Translations under genes and position numbers: made by a program
Source: Owenia fusiformis
Lineage: Eukaryota
Reading direction: 5' to 3'
Assembly: GCA_903813345.2 (NCBI GenBank)
Contig: CAIIXF020000001.1
Span: 23,312,001 to 23,376,000, forward strand
Length of the DNA stretch: 64,000 bases
Shown: positions 43,698 through 57,600 of the stretch, piece after piece
How positions within the stretch are numbered: position 1 is the first letter of the stretch
Layout of the letters: each line of letters opens with the position of its first letter
Notes under the pieces: model-generated
What the model saw: only the letters and a program-made list of their open reading frames with translations
The model's database searches: none
What the model was told of the DNA's origin: nothing

Positions 43698-45451
43698 TTT
43701 TTATGTCACCACCAAAAGTGGTGACATATTGTTATGGTCTCCGTTTTTTTGCGACGGCGGTTGGTGGTTGGTGGTTGGAGGTTGGCTTCCGGCGTCCGGC
43801 GTCCGGCGTCTGTAACAATTTCTTACAACTTCCTATAACTTAACAAATACTGTTTAGACTGACTTCAATTTTTTTCTAAATCATCTACATGTTCTCAGAA
43901 GTTCAAATCTGACTTTATATTTAACATTTGACCTTCAATGACCTTCTCAAGGTCAAAAAGGTCTTTTTTCAACTTGCTTCACATTGACTAAATTTTTTTC
44001 AAAATCATCTACATGTTCTCAGAAATTCAAATCTGACTTTAGATTTGACATTTGACCTTCAAAATCTGACTTTAGATTTGATATTTGACCTTCAATGACC
44101 TTCTCAAGGTCAAAAAAGGTCAAAAAGGTCTGTTTTCAACTTGCTTCAAATTGACTTAATTTTTTTTTCAAAATCATCTACGTGTTCTCAGAAATTCAAA
44201 TCTGACTTAAGATTTGACTTAAGATTTGACATTTGACCTTCAATGACCTTCTCAAGGTCAAAAAAGGTCAAAAAGGTCTGTTTTCAACTTGCTTCAAATT
44301 GACTAAAAAAAATTTTCAAAATCATCTACGTGTTCTCAGAAATTCAAATCTGACTTTAGATTTGACTTAAGATTTGACATTTGACCTTCAATGACCTTCT
44401 CAAAGTCAAAAAAAGGTCAAAAAGGTCTTTTATCAACTTGCTTCAAATTGACTAAATTTTTTTTTCAAAATCATCTACATGTTCTCAGAAATTCAAATCT
44501 GACTTTAGATTTGACAATTGACATTCAATGACCTTCCCAATGTCAAAAAAGGTCAAAAAGGTATTTTTTCATCTTGCTTCAAATTGACTAAATTTTTTTT
44601 TCAAAATCATCTACATGTTCTCAGAAATTCAAATATGACTTTAGATTTGACTTTAGATTTGACATTTGACCTTCAATGACCTTCTCAAGGTCAAAAAAGG
44701 TCAAAAAGGTCTTTTTTCAACTTGCTTCAAATTGACTAATTTTTTTTCAAAATCATCTACATGTTCTCAGAAATTCAAATCTGACTTTAGATTTGACATT
44801 TGACCTTTAATGACCTTCTCAAGGTCAAAAAAGGTCAAAAAGGTCTGTTTTCAACTTGCTTCAAATTGACAAAAAAAATTTTTGCAAAATCATCTACGTG
44901 TTCTCAGAAATTCAAATCTGACTGTAGATTTGACTTAAGATTTGACATTTGACCTTCAATTACCTTCTCAAAGTCAAAAAAGGTCAAAAAGGTCTTTTTT
45001 CAACTTGCTTCAAATTGACTAAATTTTTTTTTCAAAATCATCTACATGTTCTCAGAAATTCAAATCTGACTTTAGATTTGACATTTGACCTTCGATGACC
45101 TTCCCAATGTCAAAAAAGGTCAAAAAGGTATTTTTCATCTTGCTTCAAATTGACTTAATTTTTTTTTCAAAATCATCTACATGTTCTCAGAAATTCAAAT
45201 ATGACTTTAGATTTGACTTTAGATTTGACATTTGACCTTCAATGACCTTCTCAAGTTCAAAAAAGGTCAAAAAGGTCTTTTTTCAACTTGCTTCAAATAG
45301 ACTAATTTTTTTTTCAAAATCATCTACATGTTCTCAGAAATTCAAATCTGACTTTACATTTGACCTTTAATGACCTTCTCAATTTTTCAACTTGCTTTAA
45401 ATTGACCAAATTGTTTTAGGTGGTGACATTTTGTCATGTTAATGCCTTGTT
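43698..45451 (+). mobile_element. Second HINE/Helentron copy with ~11 satellite units
   Basis: Same 5' (tttttatgtcaccaccaaaagtggtgacatattgttatggtctccg) and 3' (aggtggtgacattttgtcatgttaatgccttgtt) ends and same satellite as 11695-13671. Confidence 0.85.
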
Positions 45452-45635
45452 AGCTCATTATAATTCTCACAAGAGAAAATGTGTGATCAAAATTTTCAAA
45501 ATGGTTTTCATCAATTTTTTCAACTGATTTTGATCAGTTTGGATCATGGAAACTTCCATAGATAGTCTCTGCTTCGAAAAAGTTAATTTGATTCATTGGT
45601 CCATTGTTTGACTTTAAACTGGAAGTAACCTGACT

Positions 45636-48600
45636 TTAAGTGTCCCAGTTCCAGTCCAAGTTGAGCTCTTTATCCCAATCTAGGTCCCATCTCCAGAGGT
45701 CTGTGATTGGTCGATGTCTCCTGCGTCCATTCCTTTGTGATGCCATGTCAAACATCTTGTTCACTTTATGTATGATCCCATTGGTTGAGAGAATGTCGCA
45801 TTGCGTTACCCTCCCATGTGAGACATGTATGGAGTCATCGCGATGTCTTGAAAGAGACAGCTGCGTTCCAGCCAGAGTAGTGTGGGTTTTGTGGAAGACA
45901 TGAGACCAGGGCCAAGATGGAGAGCCTTTACTTGTGATTCCAGCACAACACAGACTTCCTGGAATGTAAATGACAATGTTGTACATTGTGAGAAAATAGT
46001 GATATACAACTAACCATTATGCAATGATCTAATGTTTATGTTTCGAACTCTGAAAAAACAATTTAAGGAACTGATGATATTTGTTCATGTATTCATTACC
46101 TTTTATGATATGTTTATTGAGGAGAGCTTTCAGTGAAACAGGATCATCAAGTAGTCTCTCAAATGTCTCTCTGTCCATCTGCTCGAATGCCTATAATATT
46201 AAATGGAGATTTTTAGACAGTTTCATAGGATCTAAATCAGTTCATATTAAAAATATGATGACTTGCCCAGTTGATAAGGTACATATACCTCATTGGTTGG
46301 TGCAAAAATTGTGTATTCGCTCTCTCCTTGCAGCATTTCTGCAACACCACTTATTTTGGCCATTTTAACAAATGTACCAAAGTCTTTGTCCATTGACAGA
46401 ATGTCCAACAGATCTCCCCTTGGAGGCATCAATACCTGGAAAACATTGTGGAAAGCTTTGTCTCAAATTCTAGAAATTATTCATTGTGAATCAAAGAACT
46501 GTCTGGAAGAAGAATTGATACAATACAATAAATTGCTAACTGCAACAAAACCTGTGCAACTGTAAGTACCTCTACAAAGTATTCCACTTGGGTGAATAGT
46601 GAATAGGCTGCAGGACTTTGAAAAGCATTCCACTTATGGATGTGTTCCAATTACAGAGGTGTTCCACTTTACAGGTTGACTGTATTTACTGCACAGTTCA
46701 TTACTTGCTTTCATTGGGCCATGCTTCAGCACACTTGGAAATTCGCTGTGCTGTACAAAGAAACTCTCTCTCTCTGTTACAATTCTCTCTCCGTGAACAA
46801 TTTGTCATTTAGAATTTGACATTTTCTTCATTTTAGGCATTTTTTGGAGTTGTGATAAAATTAAATTAGCTTCTTTACCTTTTCCACCACATGGACATCT
46901 CCCCCACACGTGCTATGTCCTTTCTGGCTGAGAGGCACACACTGGGCAGTGTATGTAAACTTGTTGTCCTAGCAATACAGAAATCAAGACATCAATGATT
47001 ATGGTTGGGATTTTAACATTTTCAACAATTTTATGGACATAATCATATTTTGACAGGTTTAAATATCAGTCAAACATTTATGTACTTACCAAGAAGAAAT
47101 TTGAGTGTTTATAAGAATTGATATGTATCTTATTGTTGTCTTGGTCTAATGATGTAAGTGAAGAATATTTGGTGAGTTCATCTCTACATGAAATATCTGG
47201 TTTGGTGAGGTGATACTTGAGCAGCTCAGCCAATGACTCTGGATCCTCCTTGAGGTCTTCCAATGTGCCCTCTGGAAGCTTCTGCAATTCAGTATTTGGA
47301 CATTCAACAGTCATAACATCATTCCCTTTTGGTTTGAGATATGCATTTGCTTTGTTTTATTGTGTTTTTAAATGCTGCCTATTGCGCTATGTTATAAGAG
47401 CCCAAGGACAAATACATCAGGGTGAAATGTGGGTGTACTTCACATGAAACATTTTGAGCACAACTAATGGCATATATTTTATGCCCTCCACGATAACAAT
47501 GAAAGTGATGTGGAATTTTGATAATTCCACTGTGATGAGCATCAAAACAGATAAACAAACAAACAAGTAAACAAACAAACCTTGAATGCTTCATTGGTAG
47601 GCAAGAAGAGTGTAAAGTTGGTGAGATCTTGCAGCATCTTAGTCAGACCAGCTTTCTCAACTAACTCTGTGAACTTGCTGGCCTCCAACTCATCAGCCAC
47701 ATCTAGCACATCCATGGCTACAACACACAGTGTTTCTAATGTACTATGGTTAACCAGAATATATTATGTGCATTCTTTACTCTCTTCGGGAGCCATGTTA
47801 GATTTTGAAACTTATATACGTATATCAGAATCAGTCACAGCCTTTGACATAGGTAGTGCTTGCTCACACCATCTTTGCATGATATTGGCTATTGCTTTTG
47901 AACTTGACTGTTCATGTCATTGCAAAATAGTATTGTAAGTCATCCTTAATGATAGAGATACCATTCACTTGTGGCAATCATTGCATCTTGTTGGCTTTGT
48001 CTAACGATATAAGCTGCATGTAAGCCAACTCGTACATGTTTCACCCATAATGAGGCTGTCATGTTTACATGTAAAATTCAATACTCGAGGGATTCCCCCC
48101 CCCCCCTGTACATACCTTGTTCTGGTAGATAAACCTCATCGATGACATGTAGAACACCATTGGTTCCCATGACATCTGGTCTCGTGATCTGTGCATCATT
48201 GAAGAAGAGTTTGTTGTCGTCATCCCTCGTAAGGTTGACCCTCTGACCCAAGATATCACGTGACACACTTTTGCTAACTATAACGCTGCTACAGATCACA
48301 AAGGGAAGGAGATGACTTTTAACGATGTCTGAAAATATTCATTATGACATTTATTTTTTAATATTTATATTAAGGCAGTAATTATAAAGACTGCATGCTG
48401 TTGGTTACACTTTAGAAGTGAATATGCATATGTAACTCACCCAAGAATAGGCATTGGTAATTCACTGTGAATAGACATAGGTAACTCACCTCATGTAGCT
48501 CAGCCATGAATAGACATTGGTAACACACTGTGAACAGGTATAGTATCTAACTAATGAATAGACAAAAGTTACTCACCTGTGAAAAGGCATTGGTAACTCA

Positions 48601-51600
48601 CTGTGAACAGGCATAGGTGACTCACCTATTAATAGGCATTGGTAACTCATCCATGAATAGGCATAGGTAATTCATACATGGATAGGCATTGGTGTGCATA
48701 GAAAAAGGTAACTCACCTGTGAATAGACATGGTAACTCACCTGTGAACAGGCAGAGGTAACTCACCCATGGATAGGCACTGGTAACTCACTGTGAATAGA
48801 AAAAGGTAACTCACCTGTGAACAGGTATAGGTTAGGCCTACTCACCTGTAGCACAAGGAGACCCAGATAGAAGTTTGTCTTGGAACTTTCGGTTGAGCTT
48901 CCTGAAGGCAGCATCTGTTGGTGCAAATAGCGTGTATTGGCCCGCTCCCCTTAGATCTCTTGATATACCCGTCTTGCTAAGGACTGAAACAATATATACT
49001 CATTTAAAACTTCATTTAAAATTACATTAATATGATGGATTTACATTATAATATAATACTAATATTATGATTCAATTAACAAAGTGCCGTACTAATTAGT
49101 GGACCATGCTGCCAGAAGGGATCCAGAAAGTGCTTCATTTTTCCAACAAGCAAGAGGTTGATAAAAAAGATGGCGCTGTGCTGGTCAGTCTAGACTGGAC
49201 TTTAACTTACCAGTTTTCAGGATAGTGAACTGGGGATTCTTGCTAATTATCTCGAGTAGTGTAAGGGAGACTGGTTCCAAGACTTTGTCTACAACGTGAA
49301 CCACACCATTCGTGGCACGCTTGTTGGCGCCTGATATTGGAACGCAGTTTGCCGTGATTAACTGGAAGGAACGGTGGCATTAATTTAAATGTCAAACAAT
49401 ATGAAGTCAATTTGGGAGGGGAGGTGTGAAGAATCAATGTGTCATTTACCCTACTATCACACCAAACTAGTTCTCACTACGTTCTCGAAAACGGGCTTCA
49501 ACTGTGTACGAACGGACTGGACCTACTAAGAACCGTTTGGGATCTATTTACAAACTTCATCGAACGTACTCGAACGGGTAGGTCCTCTAGAACTTAGACA
49601 ATGCTCAAAATGTTCTCGTGGTCGTCACGTTCTACAATAAGAACGAATGACAACGTACTAACGACGAGCTGGACGTACTACGAACGGAACCGTCGTACTT
49701 CAATCCTACTAGGGACGTTTTAACAACGAGTTGAACTGTCTGAGGACGTGTTGAGAACGAGGTAGAACTAATTGCAAACGTGTTTAAACTGATTAAGATC
49801 GTATTTAACACTGTTTATGAACGAGTTAGCAAAAATATAGCTATCACACCAAACAAGTTGCCACTGCGTTCTTCAAAACTGGTTTTAAACTGTATGCGAA
49901 CGGAATGAACGTAGCTGCAACTTTCGAAGGTCTATTTACGAACTTTATGAACGTTCTCAGACGGGAATGTGATTTTAGAATTTTGAATCGGATGGCGACC
50001 ATACCGTTCTGTAATCAGGTCATGTTGACCTTCTAGACTAAGGGCGCGTTCTACTACGTTGCACACCGACGTGGTCCGACCTGAACGAACTGCGAACGAG
50101 ATGGACGTATTGAAGACTGTTTAAGAACGGAGAAGCTAATTATTTCAGACATATTTCCCGATCACAGCCAGATTGAGCCCGTTTTACGACGTTTTCGTAG
50201 GACTGGTAAGAACGGGTAAGAACTAGTTTGGTGTGATAGGGGGGTTAGAAAGAAGTTTTATTTTGGAGAAAAAATCATGTTGTTGCTCAAAACGGGCCAT
50301 TAGGCTCTTTTTAATTTATCGAAATTTCAACCATAATCATGGGTTCAAAGCCTTGAAATTAAAGCTAGTGTTCAGCTGTCCAGGGGCTTAACCATGATCT
50401 TAAAGGCGATGTTCATGGATGAAGAGAGGAGGCAGGCAGGAATTGTTAAAGCTAATGTAATAAGATATCCTAGTTGTTTTCACAGTTTCAATTGAAATTT
50501 CCTGAATTGATACTTATTTCAATTCGTGACATTTTTGGTGAGTTCGCATTTGCCTCATTTTTGACGAGGCATCCTCTGGGCACCTTGCCTCACTTTACCT
50601 TCTTGGGTCTGTGGTATATGTTGATGCGCAGAGTAGAAAGTGGATTAGTTGTGTTGAGAATTTGTTCATCTAGTAGATCGCCTGTCTTGTAGACACCAGT
50701 CACGATGTGGTTCGATATGAGTTGCTCAAGCTTGTTTATCACTTCGTTGTCATCCTTCGTAACCATCACCATGTTTCTATCAGCGTGTATCCCCTGCAAT
50801 TTATTCCATGATTATTCATGATATACAGGCCTCCTAGACTTCCACCAACGCGAACATCAGTTCTGACCTCGCGCAGCGAACTACGTTAACACTTGAACCA
50901 CGGTTCTCACATCGCGAACGTGAAATCTTTAGTCGCACACCACCATTTCCTCGCAAGGAACGTAGTTCGCGAGGTCAGAACTAGTGTTCGCGTTGGTGCC
51001 GAAGTCTAGGGGGCCTGATATACATTGCGATATAATCCATGTTTATTTTACACATGGTGGGGAGCATGAAATTTTACCAAGATAATCAATGCAAGAATAA
51101 GTAGCACAACTCATTTCTAAACTTAATCAACATAATATGATAAACGACTCCATGCAGTGCCCAAATTAATCATTCTTCTTGTTGCTAGCCGATTTTGATT
51201 CAATTGCAAATTATTGAAAACGACGCAGATAGATTTCCTCCACTTCCTGACTCCGTAAGATCGGTTCATCTATTTTAATTTTTACCACATTAACGATATC
51301 GCTATCAGTGTGTATAACCTGCACTATACCACAATATCACGATAAAGAGTAAATGATAAACATGTTAGATATCAAAATGTTTTTCTGCGATGTTTGACAC
51401 AGTTGGATCAATTTAAATTGCGCCAGGGGCTGGTTGCAAATAGATACTAAGAGTGACAAGCGAATCGATTAGCCCTTCAGTTATGCATTGTCTCATACTT
51501 TACATTAGCATCCATTAGCGAGGATCTCATCTTTATAAGGATTCAGATTTCCACAAAATCCATATACCTTTGTAAAGCTTGGAAAGTCGAGTAGATGAGT

Positions 51601-54600
51601 ATTCTGAATTAAGTGTTGATATCTTATCTAGAACATGTAGAATCCTTCGAGAAATTTTTCTATATAAATGATTTACATGTATTTATAGTGTCCTATAGGT
51701 CGTTGTCGGCCTGGGGTGTTTTTAATTGTATTTTATATGTTTTATAACTCATGACACTTTAATAAAATAAATAAATATATCCTTCAATTGAGCGCTAACA
51801 TATCGTGGAGTAGAGTGGTTTACAGTGAAGCTTCGGGTGAATTCTTGGTAAAATGTCAGTTGATAAAAATACAAACAATCCTGGGGCTTGGCATGATTCA
51901 AGTTCGTGGTTGTAGTGTATCAAAACAGGTCAGATATCCATTATATTAGAAAACATGCCAAACTGAACGTTTGAACTGGTCTTCCATTAGAGCAACACAA
52001 GTACGTGTGTAGAAGCCCAACTGTTCTGGGCCCGGTTCTGGGTTACCCAAGTGTTCGGACAGTTGCCGAACTATTCTGACTATTCTATTTCCAAACTGTA
52101 GGCCCATTTTTTCCAAAGTCCATTTTTTCCCAAAATGAGACATACTTCTGAAATTGAGACCCAAACTGAATATATTTTCAGTAATATATGCTATTTCAAT
52201 ATCGGATTGCTTTTGAGTATTCCGTAATACAAAAGTAGTCTCACAACCGGGGATCTGCGCATTCATCCCTCAACGTGTACCCTGCTTGTTTGTAAAATAT
52301 AATGGAGGACCTAGTGTTACTCACGAGGCAGCCATACATATATAGCATGGTTACGTTAACTTTATTCCATCAGTTATCTCCTGAGGAAACATGACATTGA
52401 ATGGCAAATTGAAAATCAATGGATCGAGGGTAGTTAATGAAATACGTAAACCGAGAATTCTTGGGTCAAGTCAGAATAGTTCGGCAAGAGTTGGAATACT
52501 TGGATATCCGGGAGCTCTATACACGCGTTTTATCTGAAGATAAATTACATGATCTTTTTTATTTATCATCGTACTTCTTAGGTTATTAGCATTGTTCTCT
52601 GACTACTGCTAATTGACAAAGTATTAAGCTGTAAGTTTGAATCATCAGTCCCGAATATCTTCTCGGACTTCTCGCCATTGTGATATAACTGACTGCAGTA
52701 ACCGTTATCTGGCTGTACCAGCTAGGAAAAGAATTAGAATTAGAATTGCCACTTTGTATTAAGTTGATTGATGGTAGATTTCCTGAAGAACTTTTAACAC
52801 AGGACAAAAATCCGATATTTCCTCATTTAACAATAAAACACGCTTTAATAAGGTTGGTCGGCTGGTCAGCCTTTCTTCATTTATTACGATCCAATTTAAA
52901 TTGATACAATAAATAAAGTGAAGATGAGCATCAATCGGAGCCTATGAATCACTGAAGCATATAAACAAGACAGTTTATTGTAATATTCACCATGCTGAAA
53001 CATGAGGAGCAATCTAGTGACTAACTTAATAGGACAGACTCTGACTTTCAACCCATTTGTCTCTGATATTGTAAGGCTCCGGTCAATAATCATTATTAGA
53101 CTTATTCAAGTGAGGAAACTCAGGAAAATAAGCCCGGACATTGATGGGGATTATTAGAGGCATTCTATGCTATGAAAGGATCGCATTTTATTTTAGCCTT
53201 CCTTTTTGGCACAGATGCAAAACAGATGACAATATACTTTGGGAATGGGGCAATATGCACTGGGAACCATGAGCTCGACAAATGACACTACACTAGACAC
53301 ATTGAACTCCGAATCTGACACTGCACTGAACACACTGAACTTTGAACTTGACATAGGACATTGTACTGGACACACTGGACTATGAATATGACATAGGACA
53401 CTACACTGGATACTGGACACATTGAACTTTGATCTTGACATAGCTCATTGTACTGGACACACTGCACTATGAATATGACACGGGACACTACACTGGACAC
53501 ATTGAACTTTGAACTTGACCAAGGACACAACAATAGACACATTGGACTATGAAGTTGAAATAACACACTGCACTGGACACATTGAATTCTGAACTTGACC
53601 AGGGACGCGACATTTGACACATTGAACTTTAGGAAATTGTGTACTCAATATAACAGAAGCCATAATGTGGCAACCCACAAAGGGTAATGAGCGCTAGACA
53701 CAACACTCTATGGTCTGGAGTTCATGGACAACATAGGACACACTTGACTAGGTACACGGTATGGACTGGGTTTCTTCGATCCTTGACACCATGGCAATGG
53801 AATCGAAACACACTATGTAACGGACACTATGCGTTGAGCCTGCAATAGAAGATTCTTTGTAATGAATGTAGAAATAGTCAATTTGAAGCAACTGACAGTC
53901 AACACATTAGCACTGTAATCATTAATAATGCTGATTAGCCACAAAACACTACAAGAATTAACTCTTGACAGATTATGAAATGAGCGGCGGAATGAAACAA
54001 AAACCAAAAGCTTAATCTTAGCATTCCCATAGCAACAGTTTCAACAGTACAGATTAAGGTATTGAAAGTTCTAAGAATTTGTTACGGACGCCGAACGCCA
54101 ACCGCCGAACACCAACCGCCGCACACCGTCCACAAAAAAACTTGAAGACTATAACAACTGTCACCACTTCTAATTCTGATGGTGATATAATTTATTACAA
54201 TACTAATATACTGTTCGCGTCTCTCGTTTCGTCTGACACTTCACAGCATGAAAAATAGTGCTAGTACCTAAATTAAGAACAAAATTGCATCCGCGAAAAA
54301 TATTACAAATTAAACTCTTATACGATTAATGGATTCCCAATCATAAATTTAGTTCGACGGACGATATAGATTTATCTATTAGTTTGATTCCGGTTGGTTT
54401 TATGTCAGAATTTATATCGGTATATAGGTTAGTAAGAACAAATCTTTGAAGCAAATAGTTAATTTTCTTGGATATCGCTGGGATCAGAGGGAGTTAGACA
54501 TGTCTGTCAATGTCAGATTGCATCTCAAACCTTCAGATACTTCAGCCTCTGATATATCCCAAGTTAATAATGTAATAAAAAATCAAGTGTTTGTTTAGCA

Positions 54601-57600
54601 ATACGTGCCTTGACATCCCAATGTATTTTTGAAGTTTTGGATTTTCTTTCAATTTGGCAAGAGTTAGTTGGCATATAGGAGTAAAAAAGAAGAATATTTG
54701 GCTATTTTTTCCAACACCCCCTCTCAAGTACAATTAATCTTTTGGGACGTCAGGATATTCAACTAACTTCATTAATGCTTGCAAATATGAATAGGTATAA
54801 CACAAATATGATATTGATGTTATTGTGTTGTTACCAAATTGAAAAATTTTCATCTACAGGGTGACCCTAAAATAGAACCTTCTAATTTTGGACGATCTAG
54901 AACAGTTAACGTGATGTCTCTAAACCTCAAAGTAGTGAATGTCTGCAACACTGCTCAATTTAGCGCTCTTCATACACCGATTCATCCATACGAGATTAAA
55001 TTAGTGAGTTGCATATTTGGAGGCCACCCTGTATAAGGTTTCTGTTGTTCTAATAACTTCAGCGAGTTTAGATCCAGTGTAAGATAACAATACAATCAAT
55101 ACCAAAATTTAAAATTCACTTTTGTGATGTTATGTCAGAGAATATTGCTATTCATTGGAATGTTTCACAAATGTGAAATCATTTATCTCTCAACAGGAAC
55201 AAATACAAATGTCAGAATAACATTTCATAACCACTTAAAACCATATTCTCATTCATGTGATGCAATTGACCAATCAGATTCGAGATTTATTTGGATAGGT
55301 ACTAATAGATGATGGGATATCAAGCTCAGTGCATCTTGGCAATCACCAATTGTGAGGAATTTTATTTAATTTTGTTCAAGAATGCTTTCAACAATGTACC
55401 CATCAGATGTAATATAATGTTAAAACATACAAAGGGTCTTAAGATATCATTTAATAACCGTATAAAGCTGGATTTCCAACGATTGTAGGACTAATAAAAC
55501 TGAAATGCAATTATTTAGGACTCCCAAGACAACCGCAGACTGTAACGTTACATAGCGATAAAATAGTCTCACGAGGGGAATATTTTAGATGAAATATTTT
55601 TCTGATCTACTCAATGATGCATAGAGAATTACAGATAAGGTTTTTGCCAGTAATATGCGAGAGATAAATGTATGATATATCATAGCTAAACATGACCAAC
55701 AGCAATTGTTTTCTATTAGATTATCTTAATAATGCAGCTTGCAATTGCATCCACCAATTTATGATTTATCAAGTTGAAAAGTATGTTAGTGTTTCGCGTA
55801 CTCTAATTTAGGGCATTTTGTGTTTTAGTTCAGTGTATACGGTATATCGTATTTTGTACGTCGTTTTATGAAACGTGCGTTGTTTTATGTAACGTACGTC
55901 GTGTTATGTAATGTTCGTTACATGTGCCCTATTATGTTATATACGTTACGTATTATGTAACACGTATCATGTTTTGTAATGTATGTTGTTTTATGAAATG
56001 TGTGTCGAGTTTTTTCTGTCATGAGCTTAGTGTTGTACGTTTTAGATTAATGTGCTGTGCTTAATGCAGTTTGTTGTGCTTTAGCGAAATATGTTGTGCT
56101 TTAGCGAAATATGTTGTGCTATATGATGCAGTATGTTGAGCTCTGATATCAGGAATTATGTTATTTCATAAGTGATTTACTATGTTATGGTAAGCTGTAA
56201 TGTTCTGTGAGAAAGTAAATCGGGTATTTACAAAACATTGAATATTATCATATCTGGCAGGAATTTAGGAAGAAATCTGGCTTGTAACTTTACCCACTGT
56301 TTATTTATGTTTGTGCTTGTTCAATGAAAGATGTGTTCACTTACATCAGATACTTTATATGTCTCTGCTTACATCATTCGCGATCTTCTTAGTCTTGCAT
56401 ACAAGCACCATAAGCAATTTGTCTATGTAGTTTCTGTTTCTGACTTAAATACAGGGCTACCCTTATATTCTAATTTCAAGTTCAAATACATGAATATGAA
56501 ATCATATAGACTGATTTCTTCGTTGATGTAATTTTGGTTGACGAATCAATCCAAATACGCAACAATTGATCTTTGGCCAATTAATCTTTTTTACCACAGA
56601 ACTGTGAGACATTAGTTGCAAGCTCCAAATATATTATAAAAATATTAGTGTCCAAGACTTTATGTTCTAACATGGGCTTCTAGTTGAAAGCCCATGGTTC
56701 TATATCTTGCATGCCTTTGGCGCAACTGTTAATAAAATTCTTTCCACTTACAGTTTTTGGCTTGTAGGATTTGAACGATTCATCTTTTGGCGCGAAAATT
56801 GTGAATTTTCCCCTGGTCAGCAGTTTATTCAGATCGAGGCTCCTTAAAGCACTTGCTGTTTCTATGGCACCAGCGTCGTGCAGAACTGCCATGATATCTT
56901 TGGTTGCCCTTCCTTGAAAAACAAAGAATACAAGAATCGTAAGGCATGCATTGGTGTTAGAAAGTGACCATTAAGGCAAGGCATGTATCGTCAATAAATT
57001 GATCCGTTTAGGTAAAATCTGTACTTACTTGTAGAGCATCGTCCTGTGACGTCATCTCTTTCAAAGCCGTCGCAGCACTCGAACACCTTGGTGTGCGTCG
57101 TGATGTCATCCCCTACTTGGGTTCTAAGCAACAGATATTGAATAATCAAAGATATGGAAATCTAGTTCCAAAAATTAGAAAAATCATGTACGAGATCCCT
57201 GGTTGTAACAAAACTACCTCGTGGGTCGAGGTTGGCTAACAATGGTTTGAAGAAAATTACTTTGGATTAATTTGTAAAATTGATAGTAACTATTTTGAAC
57301 AACTGCTGTCTTTAGATATTGTGTTTGTGCATTTGATAATGAAAAAGAATGGAAAAAATATTTTGCTTTGATTCTGAGAAAATCCAATTGACTGATTGGC
57401 CATATCACTGAAAACAGCTTAAGTGTGAAACAAATTATGTTAAAAATTCAAAAAAGCATTAAAATGATTTTTTCAAATAGACATGTAGTATGTATCTATA
57501 TACATTTATACACACGTTACCCAAAGAATTGAAGTAAACTCCACAGAACATAAGGTGGAATTTCAAATTGAAATTAGGGCCCGTCTCATACGTGACGATT

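Noticed and set aside
53193-53620. Cys/Ser/Val-rich ORFs
   Set aside because: Translations of the minisatellite; not needed for the fasciclin gene phase.
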